Source: Histomonas meleagridis 2922-C6/04-290x (taxonomy: Eukaryota > Protista > Parabasalia). From it: a DNA stretch of 64,000 nt. The notes beneath the pieces were generated by a model. The model searched no databases. It was not told the origin of the DNA and saw nothing but the letters and a program-made list of their open reading frames with translations. Position 1 is the stretch's first letter. Each line of letters begins with the position of its first letter. Below, piece by piece: positions 44,737 through 56,252 of the stretch. The translations under genes and the position numbers were made by a program. The stretch lies in contig JAANOX010000034.1 in the NCBI GenBank assembly GCA_020184695.1, forward strand, positions 434,001 through 498,000, written 5' to 3'.

Positions 44737-47700
44737 TCAGCATTGTTCCAACATTTTATACATTTCTTCAAAATCGGATCCTGCGCTCATTTCATGTTTC
44801 TTTCTTATTATCCTGTCACCGATTATTGCAGTTGCTCTTACCACCATAGTTAATAACTTTTCATTCACAAGAGAATCTTTTGGCAATGGAAAGAATTTGA
44901 ACTCTTGACTCTTTTGATGCACTGCTACTCTAAACAATCCACCTCTTATTGGGTATATCACAACATGTAAGTCATTAAACTGTGAAGAAATAACAGATGT
45001 ATTATAACCGGCCGAATTTTCACACCAAACGATATGAACATTATCATTTCCGATATGTCTTTTCTTACCTATTAATTGGTCATCATTAATATCTTGTTGA
45101 AGTAAAGTAGCCACATGAAAAATTACTTCGACGTCATTATTACTATAATAAACGGCTTTACCGTTTTTATCGCCCAAACCGCCGCAGTACTTTTTGTGTG
45201 AAGAAATATCGACGGTGCGCCCCAACGATAGAATGAAATCTTTATATTGTTTTGAACAATTTTCATGAGAATTTGCTAAAATTTCTTGTTCTTCACATTG
45301 ATGTTGTGCTACGTATATTACTCCTATTTTAATACGTTCTTTAGGAGACATATCATAAATACTTTTAAGATAAGTATTCATTTTATTTGTATGTGTAAGA
45401 ATGTTTAAGTTAAAATTAGTGAAAAATTGATTTAGAAATTGTTGACTTGAATAACAAATGTTCGAAATCAAATTTTCATCATTTTGTTTATCATTTGAAG
45501 GCTCATTAAATATGAAACTTATATTACATAAAGGATCAACTTGAATTATGATGTTATCTGATGATGAATTATTATTATTATCATCAAAACAAAATGAAAA
45601 TATATCATTGAAGTTATCATTTTCGACTTTTTGGAATTCGAATTTTTCATTTTCTTCTTCTTCTTTATTTATTAATGGAAATGTTATATCATTTTCATTA
45701 GAATTACTTTTACTAATTATTGAATCAACATGATAATAAGTTGTTTGATATAATGATTTCGAATATAAATCAAATGAGTCTTTCGATTGGATTTTAATTG
45801 ATATAATTCGATCTTTATTAATCAAATAATGGAAATCAAATGAATTTATTGGCTTAAACTTCGGATAAATCGTATCATCATAAAAACAAAAAATGAATTT
45901 CTCATTAAAATTAGTTTCTTTGTTACTTAAAAAGGATAAAAACAATTTAAACAAAAATGGTATTCGATAAACAAATGTGAAAATACTTGAAATGATTATA
46001 TTGTCTGAAGTTTCACCAATTTTTTGGAAGAACTCCGAAAAGAATTCGATACTTTCGATAACATTTAAATTCGAATAATCGGAAAGAAATGAAAATATCC
46101 GGAAATAATCTGGATCAATATCATTAATATTTAAGTTTTCCAAGAATTTTCCTTTTAACCAATCACTAATTGTATTCAAGAAAATTAATTCATTTGAAAA
46201 CATTGCTAAAAATATTAAGAAAGAATTTGAGTTTTCTTCTACAAATCGTTGGAACCTTTCGATTAATCCAAGTTTATTTTCATTCATTGAATAATATAAA
46301 GCTTCATCAATCAAATATAAGTCATTAGTTTTTTCTTTCCATTTACTAATTACATCTTTTAAATCATTTGGTATTTTAATTGAGTTATTTAACATAATAA
46401 TTGTATGCGCTGTATATATGAAATCATTTAATACTAAGTCTTTACATGATAATTTGTTTTGTAAGATATAATGTAATATAAATGGTATTAATATATGTGA
46501 TTCAGGTGAAAATTGTGGAATAGCTTCAAGTGATTGATTAATTGTGGATTTAATATAATTATTATTTTTAGTGCTTAAAAGTTTTAATAAGATTTCAATG
46601 TATTTGATATTGTTCTTTTTATCATTAATTGTTACACCTGCACAACTTATAGCTAATCCAATTGCTTGATATGTAGGCGTAGTACATTTATGATATAACA
46701 TATAATCAAATAAACGTGTAATAAACATATCCCATACAAATCGTCGATGTTTAATTAAGACAATTGGTATAATTTGTTGTATCGATGTAAATGATGTTAA
46801 TATTGAAATGTATAATGAAAATTGACGCTTTTGTGGAAATGATTTTAATAATGAATATAAATATGATATCGCTGTTTGATAATCATAATCTTGTTTAGTA
46901 ATATTAATAATACATATTTTATGCGTTTTTAAAACAAGTTCAAAACGTGAATTGATTCTTTGTATGTTTAAATCTGAAATAATATTACTAAAACTATATG
47001 GATCTGTAAATATCTCTAAATACGTTTCAACTGGTATTGTCGCTTCTGAATTTCGTTGTTTTCGTTTGTTTAACTTAACAAAATAATTGCGAACTCCTTC
47101 TTCATTAAAACCAAAGAATAATGGAGAGAATGTGATGCCTAATATCGTTAAGAACTTTCCACAAATAACTAAATCCGTTTCATTAAACTCTGTGTTACTT
47201 GTAAATTCTTTATAAAAATCAGAATCAACAATTTTGGCTTCGTATGAAAATGTTAAAAATATCATTGTTGAAAGCGCTGAATTCTTTTTATAAAATTCGA
47301 AATAAATCCTTTGAATGATTAATTTCAAAATTGATTGTTCTAATTTAAGTGATAAAATTGGGCCTTTCCAAATAACATTAAATAAGCGAATCCAACTTTG
47401 AATTGTTTTGCTTTGTGGATCACGAGTTATATATAATAAAACATATTTGGCAATAATTTGCATCAAAAATACAAGAACGATAGGACAAACGGTCGCGAAG
47501 ATGTTCAATAACGCAAATGGCTCAGTTGTATTGTATTGATTGTTAGCTAGAGGAATCCAAAGTGATGCAAACCATTCGAGTACTTGTGTAGAAGTTGTAT
47601 TTTTACTTTCTTGAAGAATGAAATAAATTAATGCAATGGCATTTGTAGGACTATTCTTTCGAAGACCACATGCATTACATACATTGGGATTATGGAATAA

Positions 47701-48372
47701 TTTGGAAAGGTCTTCAATAATGGATTGAGGACATGCAGGATGAAAACTACTTGTATGCGGAATGACTCCAGAATCATAATTAACAACTGGATATGGTATA
47801 TAAATAACAAGAAGTGAGGTAGAAATGAGGTCCCACCATAATGATATTGCATCAGGTTTGAGACGAGGAAGATATTCACACAATAATTTAAACTTAATGA
47901 TTAGAAGATTAAATGTGTCATCTGTTTTGATATTTCGTCTGTTTAGCAAAAATGCAAGTTGAATATGTTTTTGCCAAAAATGAATATTGGAAGTATCAAA
48001 AAGATATGTAACAATTTTATAGGTATTAATCCATAGTTTTCTATACAACTCGGAATCCGTAAGAAATGATATCCGGCCAATTAATTCTCGCATTGAATTG
48101 GCAATTGATGGCATTTCAAAATTTAAATGAAATACATCGAAAAAAGAACTTTTGAAGCATTGCCTGATAGCACGAAAAGCATTAACAACTGCATTTTCTA
48201 AAGATTTTGAAGGAGGATTACCATTGCAATAAATATCACATGTTTTGGTTAAAGTATCAATAATCTTTCTCAAGTTCGTAATAACATCATTTTCATTTTT
48301 GTCTTGACATGAACGGTGAAGAATGTTGATTATTTTGTTGATTTCGCCTGGTGTTACGCCAGACATTTTCAA
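44737..48372 (-). CDS. Rap/Ran-GAP domain protein (RalGAP-alpha/tuberin-like)
   Basis: C-terminal KIGVIYVA..Q..EQEILAN......Y.DFI.SLG..VD...H..Y.GGL, VIFHVATL, KKRHIGNDNVHIVW and SQFND..VVIYP. Confidence 0.9.
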   Translation of the reverse strand: MKMSGVTPGEINKIINILHRSCQDKNENDVITNLRKIIDTLTKTCDIYCNGNPPSKSLENAVVNAFRAIRQCFKSSFFDVFHLNFEMPSIANSMRELIGRISFLTDSELYRKLWINTYKIVTYLFDTSNIHFWQKHIQLAFLLNRRNIKTDDTFNLLIIKFKLLCEYLPRLKPDAISLWWDLISTSLLVIYIPYPVVNYDSGVIPHTSSFHPACPQSIIEDLSKLFHNPNVCNACGLRKNSPTNAIALIYFILQESKNTTSTQVLEWFASLWIPLANNQYNTTEPFALLNIFATVCPIVLVFLMQIIAKYVLLYITRDPQSKTIQSWIRLFNVIWKGPILSLKLEQSILKLIIQRIYFEFYKKNSALSTMIFLTFSYEAKIVDSDFYKEFTSNTEFNETDLVICGKFLTILGITFSPLFFGFNEEGVRNYFVKLNKRKQRNSEATIPVETYLEIFTDPYSFSNIISDLNIQRINSRFELVLKTHKICIINITKQDYDYQTAISYLYSLLKSFPQKRQFSLYISILTSFTSIQQIIPIVLIKHRRFVWDMFITRLFDYMLYHKCTTPTYQAIGLAISCAGVTINDKKNNIKYIEILLKLLSTKNNNYIKSTINQSLEAIPQFSPESHILIPFILHYILQNKLSCKDLVLNDFIYTAHTIIMLNNSIKIPNDLKDVISKWKEKTNDLYLIDEALYYSMNENKLGLIERFQRFVEENSNSFLIFLAMFSNELIFLNTISDWLKGKFLENLNINDIDPDYFRIFSFLSDYSNLNVIESIEFFSEFFQKIGETSDNIIISSIFTFVYRIPFLFKLFLSFLSNKETNFNEKFIFCFYDDTIYPKFKPINSFDFHYLINKDRIISIKIQSKDSFDLYSKSLYQTTYYHVDSIISKSNSNENDITFPLINKEEEENEKFEFQKVENDNFNDIFSFCFDDNNNNSSSDNIIIQVDPLCNISFIFNEPSNDKQNDENLISNICYSSQQFLNQFFTNFNLNILTHTNKMNTYLKSIYDMSPKERIKIGVIYVAQHQCEEQEILANSHENCSKQYKDFILSLGRTVDISSHKKYCGGLGDKNGKAVYYSNNDVEVIFHVATLLQQDINDDQLIGKKRHIGNDNVHIVWCENSAGYNTSVISSQFNDLHVVIYPIRGGLFRVAVHQKSQEFKFFPLPKDSLVNEKLLTMVVRATAIIGDRIIRKKHEMSAGSDFEEMYKMLEQC

Positions 48373-48956
48373 TCAGATTTGAAAGAAATTATAAAATGGT
48401 TGCGAAACGTAGCGGTTTGGATAGAATTTTCTTTCTAAAAGTAATAACGATAATGTCAATTATTTGATTGAAAAGGTTTCAATCCGGCAGAGAATACGGT
48501 TTCTTTCAATTTCTTTTTGACAATTTCAATTGTAACCTCCTGTTTGGATACCCAAAATCCCAATGTCTTCTATTGTTAACGGACGAATGTTTTGGCATAT
48601 TTGAAATTATAATATTTCGTTAAGCCATACATTTTAAAATGTAAATTGTGTTCAATAAACATAGTTCATTTTTCTAATGCGTGGAGTGCACTTGATTCTA
48701 TATAATATATTTCCTAAAATCTAGATTTATTGAAAAAAACATTTACTAGATGCAAAATACAGGATAATAATGTAATGAAAAATTTTTCCAATTAAAAAAA
48801 TGTAAAGAAATAACACAAAACATAATTCATAGACTCATAAACAATTGTTTTGATTTAAATCAAGATGCAAAAAAATGTTTTCTAATTAGAACTGAGATTA
48901 TTCAGATAAATATATCATATTAATGTAAATTTTATTAATAAAAACAGTTTAATTTA

Positions 48957-49787
48957 TTATTTCTCTATTTTGTTATTATGTTTTTTGCACAATTCTTGAA
49001 TCAGATCTATAAGGTTTTCCTCATTTCTTAGGACAACACGATCCATTCCATTGATTCCAAATATATTCACAATTTGATCCTTTACATCCGCTTCTTGATT
49101 TTCGACATCTGTAATTCCAAAAAGAGATTGGCCTTTTCTCAGCATTTCTTCATGCTTCAATCTTAAAAGGGCTATAGTCTCCTCAAAATCACCCGTATAT
49201 ACTTCCTCATCAATACCGATGCTATTGTCATATGCAAATTTTTCACCAGTCATTAATTTTTGATTGATATTGTATTCATTACAAAGTTCATATAACTTTT
49301 CAAATGTAGGACATGGATATTCAGCAAACCATCCAGCATTAATAAGGTTAGATACAATTGGAGGATATGTTGAAGCTTTTTTGATGATCGAACTTGGAAT
49401 TTTTTTTCCGTCAATAACTTTAAGACTTTGTCCAGAAACAAGATAAAGCGAAAGCTTATAAGAGGGATTTGTTGATATTGGTGTGCCTTTTAATGAAATT
49501 TTAGAAACCGATGAAATTGCATGAAAATTTTTAAAATCTGAAATTAACGTATTGTCTGCAATAAATGTCATTAAATTTCGAAGCTTTATAAAGCCATCCA
49601 AAGATGCTAAAGAAGTTCCACTGGCATCCAAATGTTTCACAAGATATAGCTGTTTTTTATATTTTGGATTTTGAAAAAAACTTATATCAATATCTTCTTT
49701 TGTTGGAATTATAAGTCTTCCTTGTGACCTTAACAAATAGGATTGTTCTTTTACCCATTTTGGAATTACATCAGCATCTTTTTTCAT
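48957..49787 (-). CDS. Leucine-rich repeat protein
   Basis: LDASGTSLASLDG..KLRNLMTFIADNTLISDF...SKISLKGTPIS. Confidence 0.75.
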   Translation of the reverse strand: MKKDADVIPKWVKEQSYLLRSQGRLIIPTKEDIDISFFQNPKYKKQLYLVKHLDASGTSLASLDGFIKLRNLMTFIADNTLISDFKNFHAISSVSKISLKGTPISTNPSYKLSLYLVSGQSLKVIDGKKIPSSIIKKASTYPPIVSNLINAGWFAEYPCPTFEKLYELCNEYNINQKLMTGEKFAYDNSIGIDEEVYTGDFEETIALLRLKHEEMLRKGQSLFGITDVENQEADVKDQIVNIFGINGMDRVVLRNEENLIDLIQELCKKHNNKIEK

Positions 49788-50197
49788 TTTTAAATCAAGC
49801 GAAATTAAATACTTTACATGTTATTTAAATACTTTACAAATAATTTCAACGTTAACGGATTTTGGCAAAATAAAGAACAAAACAAAATTTAATGCACTAT
49901 TTTCTACGAAAATAAATAATATATTTTTATACTACATTTAAAACTACATCATACAAAGTTTACCTCATACTAATTTCATATAAATTTTAATATTTTCTTA
50001 TAAATTAGATTTTTGATGTAAATGAAATTTTATGATATAAATTATATATTTTTATTTTTTTCATGAATTTAGCCAACTGGATAATAAATAAATAAAATTA
50101 TTATATCTAATTTTTATTGGAGACTGAAATATGGAACAGTATAAATACCATTTGAAATACCACTTTTTGAGTGCTTTTTGCAGTTTATTTACTCTTC

Positions 50198-53100
50198 ATG
50201 AATAAATGGAAAAAAGTAAAAGCAACATTAAAATTCAAATTAATATATGTTGATCTAAGAACTAAGAATGATAGCAAATTTATTTTAAAATGGGAAAGAG
50301 GCGATTCTAAAGGTTCAACAGATGAAATATCAGCAAATAAAGAAAATAAACTTCAACTTGATGCAAGTTTTGAATGTCCATGTACCATGTACATCAATAA
50401 ATCCAATGGATCTGTTCGACCCAAATTAGTTACAATCTTATTAAAAAGAATTGAAAAAAAAGGGAAGAAGAAAAAAATTTACGGCAAATTACTTGTTGAT
50501 GTAGCCCCGTTTTATGATTCAAAAAATGTATGTTATGTTTCCAAAGAAATGGAAAGCGGTCGATCGACAGCTCCACTTTTACATGCATCATTTTTGCTAG
50601 TTAAAGAAGGTGAAGAAGTTAGTATGGAACAAGCAGATATGAATGATGTTTCATTTGTAGGTCGTCCAGATGCACATATACCAATTTCAGCGTGGGATGT
50701 ATCTGAAGTTGCTCCAATTCCTGAAGAATCCAAAGACCATCACAAAGGAAAACATAAAAAGAAAAAAGGGCATCATAAACGTAGTGAAGTTAATGAACAA
50801 GAACAAAGTGTAAATGGTGATGAAGAAGCATTAGAAGATACGCAAAGTGAAACAAAAGAAACAGAAGAAGTTAATGAACAAGAAAATGAAAGTCAAAGAA
50901 GTGGAACAAAACATAAAAAGAAGAAAAGAGTGAAGAAGGGTAAAAAGGAACAAAAATCAAATACTGATAATGTAATTGATATTATTGATGAAGAGAATGA
51001 GGAAGAAAAACAACGAAAGGAAGAAGAGGAAAGATTAAAGAAAGAAGAAGAAGAAAGACAACGCAAAGAGGAAGAAGAAAAACAAAGAATGGAAGAAGAG
51101 CGATTAAAGAAGGAGGAAGAAGAAAGAGCAAGAAAAGAAGAGAAAAGATCAAAGAAAAAAGATAAAAGGCACCGAAAAGAAAAAGAAAAATTAAGACTTG
51201 AAGAGGAAGAAAGACTTAGAAAAGAAGAGGAAGAGAAATTAAGACTTGAAGAAGAAGAAAGAAAACGTAAAGAGGAAGAAGAAAGAATAAGAAAAGAAGA
51301 AGAAGAAAGAATAAGAAAAGAGGAAGAAGAAAGAAAACGCAAAGAGGAAGAAGAAAGATTAAGACTTGAGGAGGAAGAGAGACAAAGAAAAGAAGAGGAA
51401 GAGAGATTAAGAAAGGAAGAAGAGGAAAGATTAAGACTTGAAGAAGAAGAAAGAAAACGTAAAGAGGAAGAAGAAAGAAAACGTAAAGAAGAGGAAGAAA
51501 GACTTAGAAAAGAAGAGGAAGAGAGATTAAGAAAGGAAGAAGAGGAAAGATTAAGAAAAGAAGAGGAAGAAAGATTAAGACTTGAAGAAGAAGAAAGAAA
51601 ACGTAAAGAGGAAGAAGAAAGAATCAGAAAAGAGGAAGAAGAAAGAAAACGTAAAGAAGAGGAAAGAAAACGTAAAGAGGAAGAAGAAAGAATCAGAAAA
51701 GAGGAAGAAGAAAGAAAACGTAAAGAAGAGGAAGAAAGATTAAGGAAGGATGAAGAGGAAAGAAAACGTAAAGAGGAAGAAGAAAGAATCAGAAAAGAGG
51801 AAGAAGAAAGACTTCGAAAAGAAGAGGAAGAAAGATTAAGACTTGAAGAAGAAGAAAGAAAACGTAAAGAGGAAGAAGAAAGAATAAGAAAAGAGGAAGA
51901 AGAAAGTAAACGTAAAGAAGAGGAAGAAAGACTTAGAAAAGAAGAGGAAGAGAGATTAAGAAAGGAAGAAGAGGAAAGATTAAGAAAAGAAGAGGAAGAA
52001 AGAAAACGCAAAGAAGAGGAAGAAAGAATAAGACTTGAAGAAGAGGAAAGAAAACGTAAAGAGGAAGAAGAAAGAAAACGTAAAGAAGAGGAAGAAAGAT
52101 TAAGGAAGGATGAAGAGGAAAGAATAAGACTTGAGGAAGAAGAAAGAATAAGAAAGGAAGAGGAAGAGAGATTAAGAAAGGAAGAAGAAGAGAGATTAAG
52201 AAAGGAAGAAGAAGAGAGATTAAGAAAAGAAGAGGAAGAGAGATTAAGAAAGGAAGAAGAAGAAAGAATAAGAAAGGAAGAGGAAGAGAGATTAAGAAAG
52301 GAAGAAGAAGAGAGATTAAGAAAAGAAGAAGAAAGAAAACGTAAAGAAGAGGAAGAAAGATTAAGGAAGGAGGAAGAAGAAAGAATAAGACTTGAAGAGG
52401 AAGAAAGATTAAGGAAGGAGGAAGAAGAAAGAATAAGACTTGAAGAGGAAGAAAGACTTAGAAAAGAAGAGGAAGAAGAAAGAAAACGTAAAGAAGAGGA
52501 AGAAAGATTAAGGAAGGAGGAAGAGGAAAGATTAAGACTTGAAGAGGAAGAGAGACAAAGAAAAGAGGAAGAAGAAAGAATCAGAAAAGAGGAAGAAGAA
52601 AGAAAACGTAAAGAAGAGGAAGAAAGATTAAGGAAGGAGGAAGAGGAAAGAATAAGACTTGAGGAAGAAGAAAGATTAAGAAAAGATGAAGAAGAAAGAA
52701 AACGTAAAGAAGAGGAAGAGAGATTAAGACTTGAAGAGGAAGAAAGAAAACGTAAAGAAGAAGAAGAAAGAATCAGAAAAGAGGAAGAAGAAAGAATAAG
52801 AAAAGAAGAGGAAGAGAGATTAAGACTTGAAGAAGAAGAAAGAAAACGTAAAGAAGAAGAAGAAAGAAAACGTAAAGAAGAAGAAGAAAGAAAACGTAAA
52901 GAAGAAGAAGAAAGAAAACATAAAGAAGAAGAAGAAAGAAAACGTAAAGAAGAAGAAGAAAGAAAACGTAAAGAGGAAGAAGAAAGAAAACGTAAAGAAG
53001 AGGAAGAAAGAAAACGCAAAGAGGAAGAAGAAAGAATAAGAAAAGAAGAGGAAGAAAGACTTAGAAAAGAAGAGGAAGAGAGATTAAGAAAGGAAGAAGA

Positions 53101-54493
53101 GGAAAGATTAAGAAAGGAAGAAGAAGAAAGAATAAGAAAAGAAGAAGAAGAAAGAATAAGAAAAGAAGAAGAAGAAAGAATCAGAAAAGAGGAAGAAGAG
53201 AGACAAAGAAAAGAGGAAGAAGAAAGAATCAGAAAAGAGGAAGAAGAAAGAAAACGTAAAGAAGAGGAAGAAAGATTAAGGAAGGAGGAAGAGGAAAGAA
53301 TAAGACTTGAGGAAGAAGAAAGATTAAGAAAGGAAGAAGAAGAGAGATTAAGACTTGAAGAGGAAGAGAGACAAAGAAAAGCAGAAGAGGAAATAAGGAA
53401 GAGAGAGGAAGAAGAGCAGCAGGACTACAGCAGCAGCACCAGCGACACATCCGATGCTGACATTTCAGATGGAGATGCACAACTTCAAACGCGTACTGCG
53501 CCAACCGAAAATCTTGCACCAGACGATCTTATGCACAGCATCCTCACACACGACTGGCCTCCACTTGCTGCGCCGCCACAGTTTGCGCGCGGCTTTAATT
53601 CCACTCGATATATTTTCCCAATTTTCTCCACGATACTTGAAACAGGATTTCTTAATCCAAACAACGAACACTTTGATTCAATTTTAGCCATTTTTACAAT
53701 AGATTTCCCGACTATACCAGGCGCATCACAAAAAGAACTTTTGGCAACAATTATATGCTTGCAGCATCTTGTTAAACATTACGAGAAAAGATTCGATCAA
53801 AATTCAGTCAAAAAGTTTACCAACGAACTTAACCGTCTTCAGGAAACGATACTTCTATCGGTTATAACTCCATGTGTTTCAAGGTCCGAATTACTTGTTA
53901 ACAGATTTTCTACAGCCACATTTGATTTTGATTCTTTGTTAATTGACTTCAAAGAAATTTATAATCAAAACAAAGATTTACTTAAATTTAATGATCAAAT
54001 TAATCAATATTTAATGAACGAATACTTGAAGCGATTTGATGTTAACCTCTCCAACAAAATTATTTCGAATCCTGATAGATTTTGTTTCGGTAATTCAATA
54101 ATTTGGAATTCATTTTTATCAGCATTTGAAAATGATTTAAGGATTTCTTTAACATTTATCAGACAAATTATTTCTTGTTTGGTTATGGCTGGTGGTATAT
54201 CTGAAAATCCGGAATTGAAAAATGATATTTCTCCTGATGTTTCTAGCGACACTGTTATGTTCATATTAAGTAACTATCATAAAGATCAAGAATTTAATAG
54301 CAATATTAACTTAAAGAAATTTAAGAAATTCTTTAAGATTAAAAATGTCCTTAAAGTTCCACCAAAAATTGAGCTCAAAAATTCAGATCAATTAAGCATT
54401 GATGGATTTAATGCTAATAATTGGTGTAACATTAAACAAAATGAAAAATGTGTTGATCATTATTGGTACTTCTCAAAATATTTACAAAAATAA
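50198..54493 (+). CDS. NT-C2 domain + very long ER/K charged helix + DIL-like C-terminal domain protein
   Basis: N-terminal NT-C2-like segment (ILKWERGDSKGST...FECPCTMY...YGKLLVDVA), ~800 aa of EEEERxRK repeats, and a C-terminal helical domain resembling the myosin V dilute domain (LTFIRQIISCLVM...ILSNY). First ATG is at 50198. Confidence 0.7.
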   Translation: MNKWKKVKATLKFKLIYVDLRTKNDSKFILKWERGDSKGSTDEISANKENKLQLDASFECPCTMYINKSNGSVRPKLVTILLKRIEKKGKKKKIYGKLLVDVAPFYDSKNVCYVSKEMESGRSTAPLLHASFLLVKEGEEVSMEQADMNDVSFVGRPDAHIPISAWDVSEVAPIPEESKDHHKGKHKKKKGHHKRSEVNEQEQSVNGDEEALEDTQSETKETEEVNEQENESQRSGTKHKKKKRVKKGKKEQKSNTDNVIDIIDEENEEEKQRKEEEERLKKEEEERQRKEEEEKQRMEEERLKKEEEERARKEEKRSKKKDKRHRKEKEKLRLEEEERLRKEEEEKLRLEEEERKRKEEEERIRKEEEERIRKEEEERKRKEEEERLRLEEEERQRKEEEERLRKEEEERLRLEEEERKRKEEEERKRKEEEERLRKEEEERLRKEEEERLRKEEEERLRLEEEERKRKEEEERIRKEEEERKRKEEERKRKEEEERIRKEEEERKRKEEEERLRKDEEERKRKEEEERIRKEEEERLRKEEEERLRLEEEERKRKEEEERIRKEEEESKRKEEEERLRKEEEERLRKEEEERLRKEEEERKRKEEEERIRLEEEERKRKEEEERKRKEEEERLRKDEEERIRLEEEERIRKEEEERLRKEEEERLRKEEEERLRKEEEERLRKEEEERIRKEEEERLRKEEEERLRKEEERKRKEEEERLRKEEEERIRLEEEERLRKEEEERIRLEEEERLRKEEEEERKRKEEEERLRKEEEERLRLEEEERQRKEEEERIRKEEEERKRKEEEERLRKEEEERIRLEEEERLRKDEEERKRKEEEERLRLEEEERKRKEEEERIRKEEEERIRKEEEERLRLEEEERKRKEEEERKRKEEEERKRKEEEERKHKEEEERKRKEEEERKRKEEEERKRKEEEERKRKEEEERIRKEEEERLRKEEEERLRKEEEERLRKEEEERIRKEEEERIRKEEEERIRKEEEERQRKEEEERIRKEEEERKRKEEEERLRKEEEERIRLEEEERLRKEEEERLRLEEEERQRKAEEEIRKREEEEQQDYSSSTSDTSDADISDGDAQLQTRTAPTENLAPDDLMHSILTHDWPPLAAPPQFARGFNSTRYIFPIFSTILETGFLNPNNEHFDSILAIFTIDFPTIPGASQKELLATIICLQHLVKHYEKRFDQNSVKKFTNELNRLQETILLSVITPCVSRSELLVNRFSTATFDFDSLLIDFKEIYNQNKDLLKFNDQINQYLMNEYLKRFDVNLSNKIISNPDRFCFGNSIIWNSFLSAFENDLRISLTFIRQIISCLVMAGGISENPELKNDISPDVSSDTVMFILSNYHKDQEFNSNINLKKFKKFFKIKNVLKVPPKIELKNSDQLSIDGFNANNWCNIKQNEKCVDHYWYFSKYLQK
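50995..53420 (+). repeat. Coding tandem repeat, 24-nt / 8-aa unit (E4-R-[L/I/K/Q]-R-[K/L])
   Basis: About 100 degenerate copies of GAAGARGAAGAAAGAWWAMGWAAA-like units. Confidence 0.95.
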
Positions 54494-54833
54494 CAAAAGT
54501 CATTTGAAAGTTTCGTTAATAAACATCATATCTTAAAAACGGTACTTTATTCTTTGTGGATCGCAAATCTTTTTTCACATTTTAAGGTTTTAAGTTGATT
54601 GCGGAAGCCGAACCCAAAAATTCAGAAGCAAATCGTTACTTCATTGAATTCTTGAATTTCTCGTTTTGAAAAAGTGTTCCGATCACTAATCAAATTACAT
54701 GAAAACACGTCATCATTCACAATTCTTGGTAATCTCTGTGGCCGTTTGGGAGCATTCAAAATAATCCGTTGTAACAACTTTTTGAAGTGTGAAAACAACA
54801 CCCTATTGAAATATCAAGGTCATCAAATTTCTA

Positions 54834-55841
54834 ATGCCTTGGTACAGGCTTGATGCGCCCCCAGAAAACCCACAACTTCATCACCAAACCGAACTCGTCC
54901 CCAGAAATGATGAACAATATGCTGCTATGCATCTTCCGGTAAAGTATTCTAAAAAAGATCGACTTGTTCAAGTATTACTCTTCATTTTTGGAGGTGGGTG
55001 GATAAGGGCTATCTTCTTATTGATAGCTTCTTTAATTGCTATTATTTTGGAATCACCTTTTTACCTAATTGACTATATGCCTTCATTTATTAGAAACCAT
55101 TTTTATCAATACCAAGTAATTGTTGCAAGAATATTTGTCAGACTTATGCTGTTTGGAGTTGGTGTGTTTAAAATCAACGTTAAAGGAAAACCACATAAAG
55201 ATGCTCGGAATTTAATATATAACCATACTTCCATTACTGACGGACCACTCATATTTGTCTACAAGCCATTTACAATGGTCATGAAATCAGGCGTTAAAAG
55301 CGTACCATATTTCGGAAAATTATTCTCAAGCGTAAACACATGTTTTGTTGACAGAAGTGCAACACACGGAAACTCTCACTTCCTTGTCAAGTGCATGGAA
55401 GATCATAATTTACCACCAATAGCTATTGCACCAGAAGGAACGATTTCTAATGGCTCAGCACTCTTCAAGTTCAGAACTGGTGGATTCATAGCAAACGAGA
55501 TGATCCAACCTGTTACTCTTCAATATCATATGTATTTTTCATATTGCGGAGCAACAATTAATTGGCTTTCAGACAGTCTCTTTGACTTCTTATGGCAAGT
55601 ACTTTGCTGTCCTTTGATTACGTGTGACCTTACATTCCACGATCCAATTACAGTTGAACAAATGAAAGGAAAGACACCAGCTGAAAAAGCTGTTGAAGCA
55701 GAGTTGATAATGGCAAACTACCTCGGGGTGCTTGCTGGAGACAGAACAAGCCATGAAATCTTCCTTAAGAAACAAGAAGATGAGAAGAAACCAGAAGAGA
55801 AAAAGGTGTTAGTTGATAAACAAAAATGCAAATCTTTGTGA
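54834..55841 (+). CDS. Lysophospholipid acyltransferase (PlsC / LPCAT-like)
   Basis: Motif I YNHTSITD (HxxxxD), motif II FVDR and motif III APEGT..NG..L..FRTGGF; N-terminal membrane segment. Confidence 0.9.
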   Translation: MPWYRLDAPPENPQLHHQTELVPRNDEQYAAMHLPVKYSKKDRLVQVLLFIFGGGWIRAIFLLIASLIAIILESPFYLIDYMPSFIRNHFYQYQVIVARIFVRLMLFGVGVFKINVKGKPHKDARNLIYNHTSITDGPLIFVYKPFTMVMKSGVKSVPYFGKLFSSVNTCFVDRSATHGNSHFLVKCMEDHNLPPIAIAPEGTISNGSALFKFRTGGFIANEMIQPVTLQYHMYFSYCGATINWLSDSLFDFLWQVLCCPLITCDLTFHDPITVEQMKGKTPAEKAVEAELIMANYLGVLAGDRTSHEIFLKKQEDEKKPEEKKVLVDKQKCKSL

Positions 55842-56252
55842 TCAATAACGCCTAAATACTTTCAGCTATTTCATTAAAATTCAACGAATTTTTTTTTTTT
55901 TTTTTGATATCAAATGATGAATGGAATCCTAAAAAAATATGCGAATTACATCGCCGGGTGATAGTAATTGCGCAAATAATAATTATTGATGTAATTGAAC
56001 TATTTTTTTAATATTAATTTGTAATATAATTTGGCTTAAGAGGTTATAAAAAAAATGGTTTTTATAGATCAAATTCGAACAGATCTGTACCATGAATTCA
56101 TGAATTAGATAGCAATATTTTTTTTTCATTATTGATTTTTTTGGTTTTTTCTTGGGATGTGAACGTTCACAACTTAAACGATGGAAATTTGAATTAATTT
56201 TGAGAATTTTCGATTAAATTTAAATTTTTCAATTGTTTATTATTCTTTTTCA

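Noticed and set aside
50893-53019. 708-aa antisense ORF (poly-Ser/Leu/Phe)
   Set aside because: It is the reverse complement of the GAA-rich ER/K repeat, which lacks antisense stops by composition.
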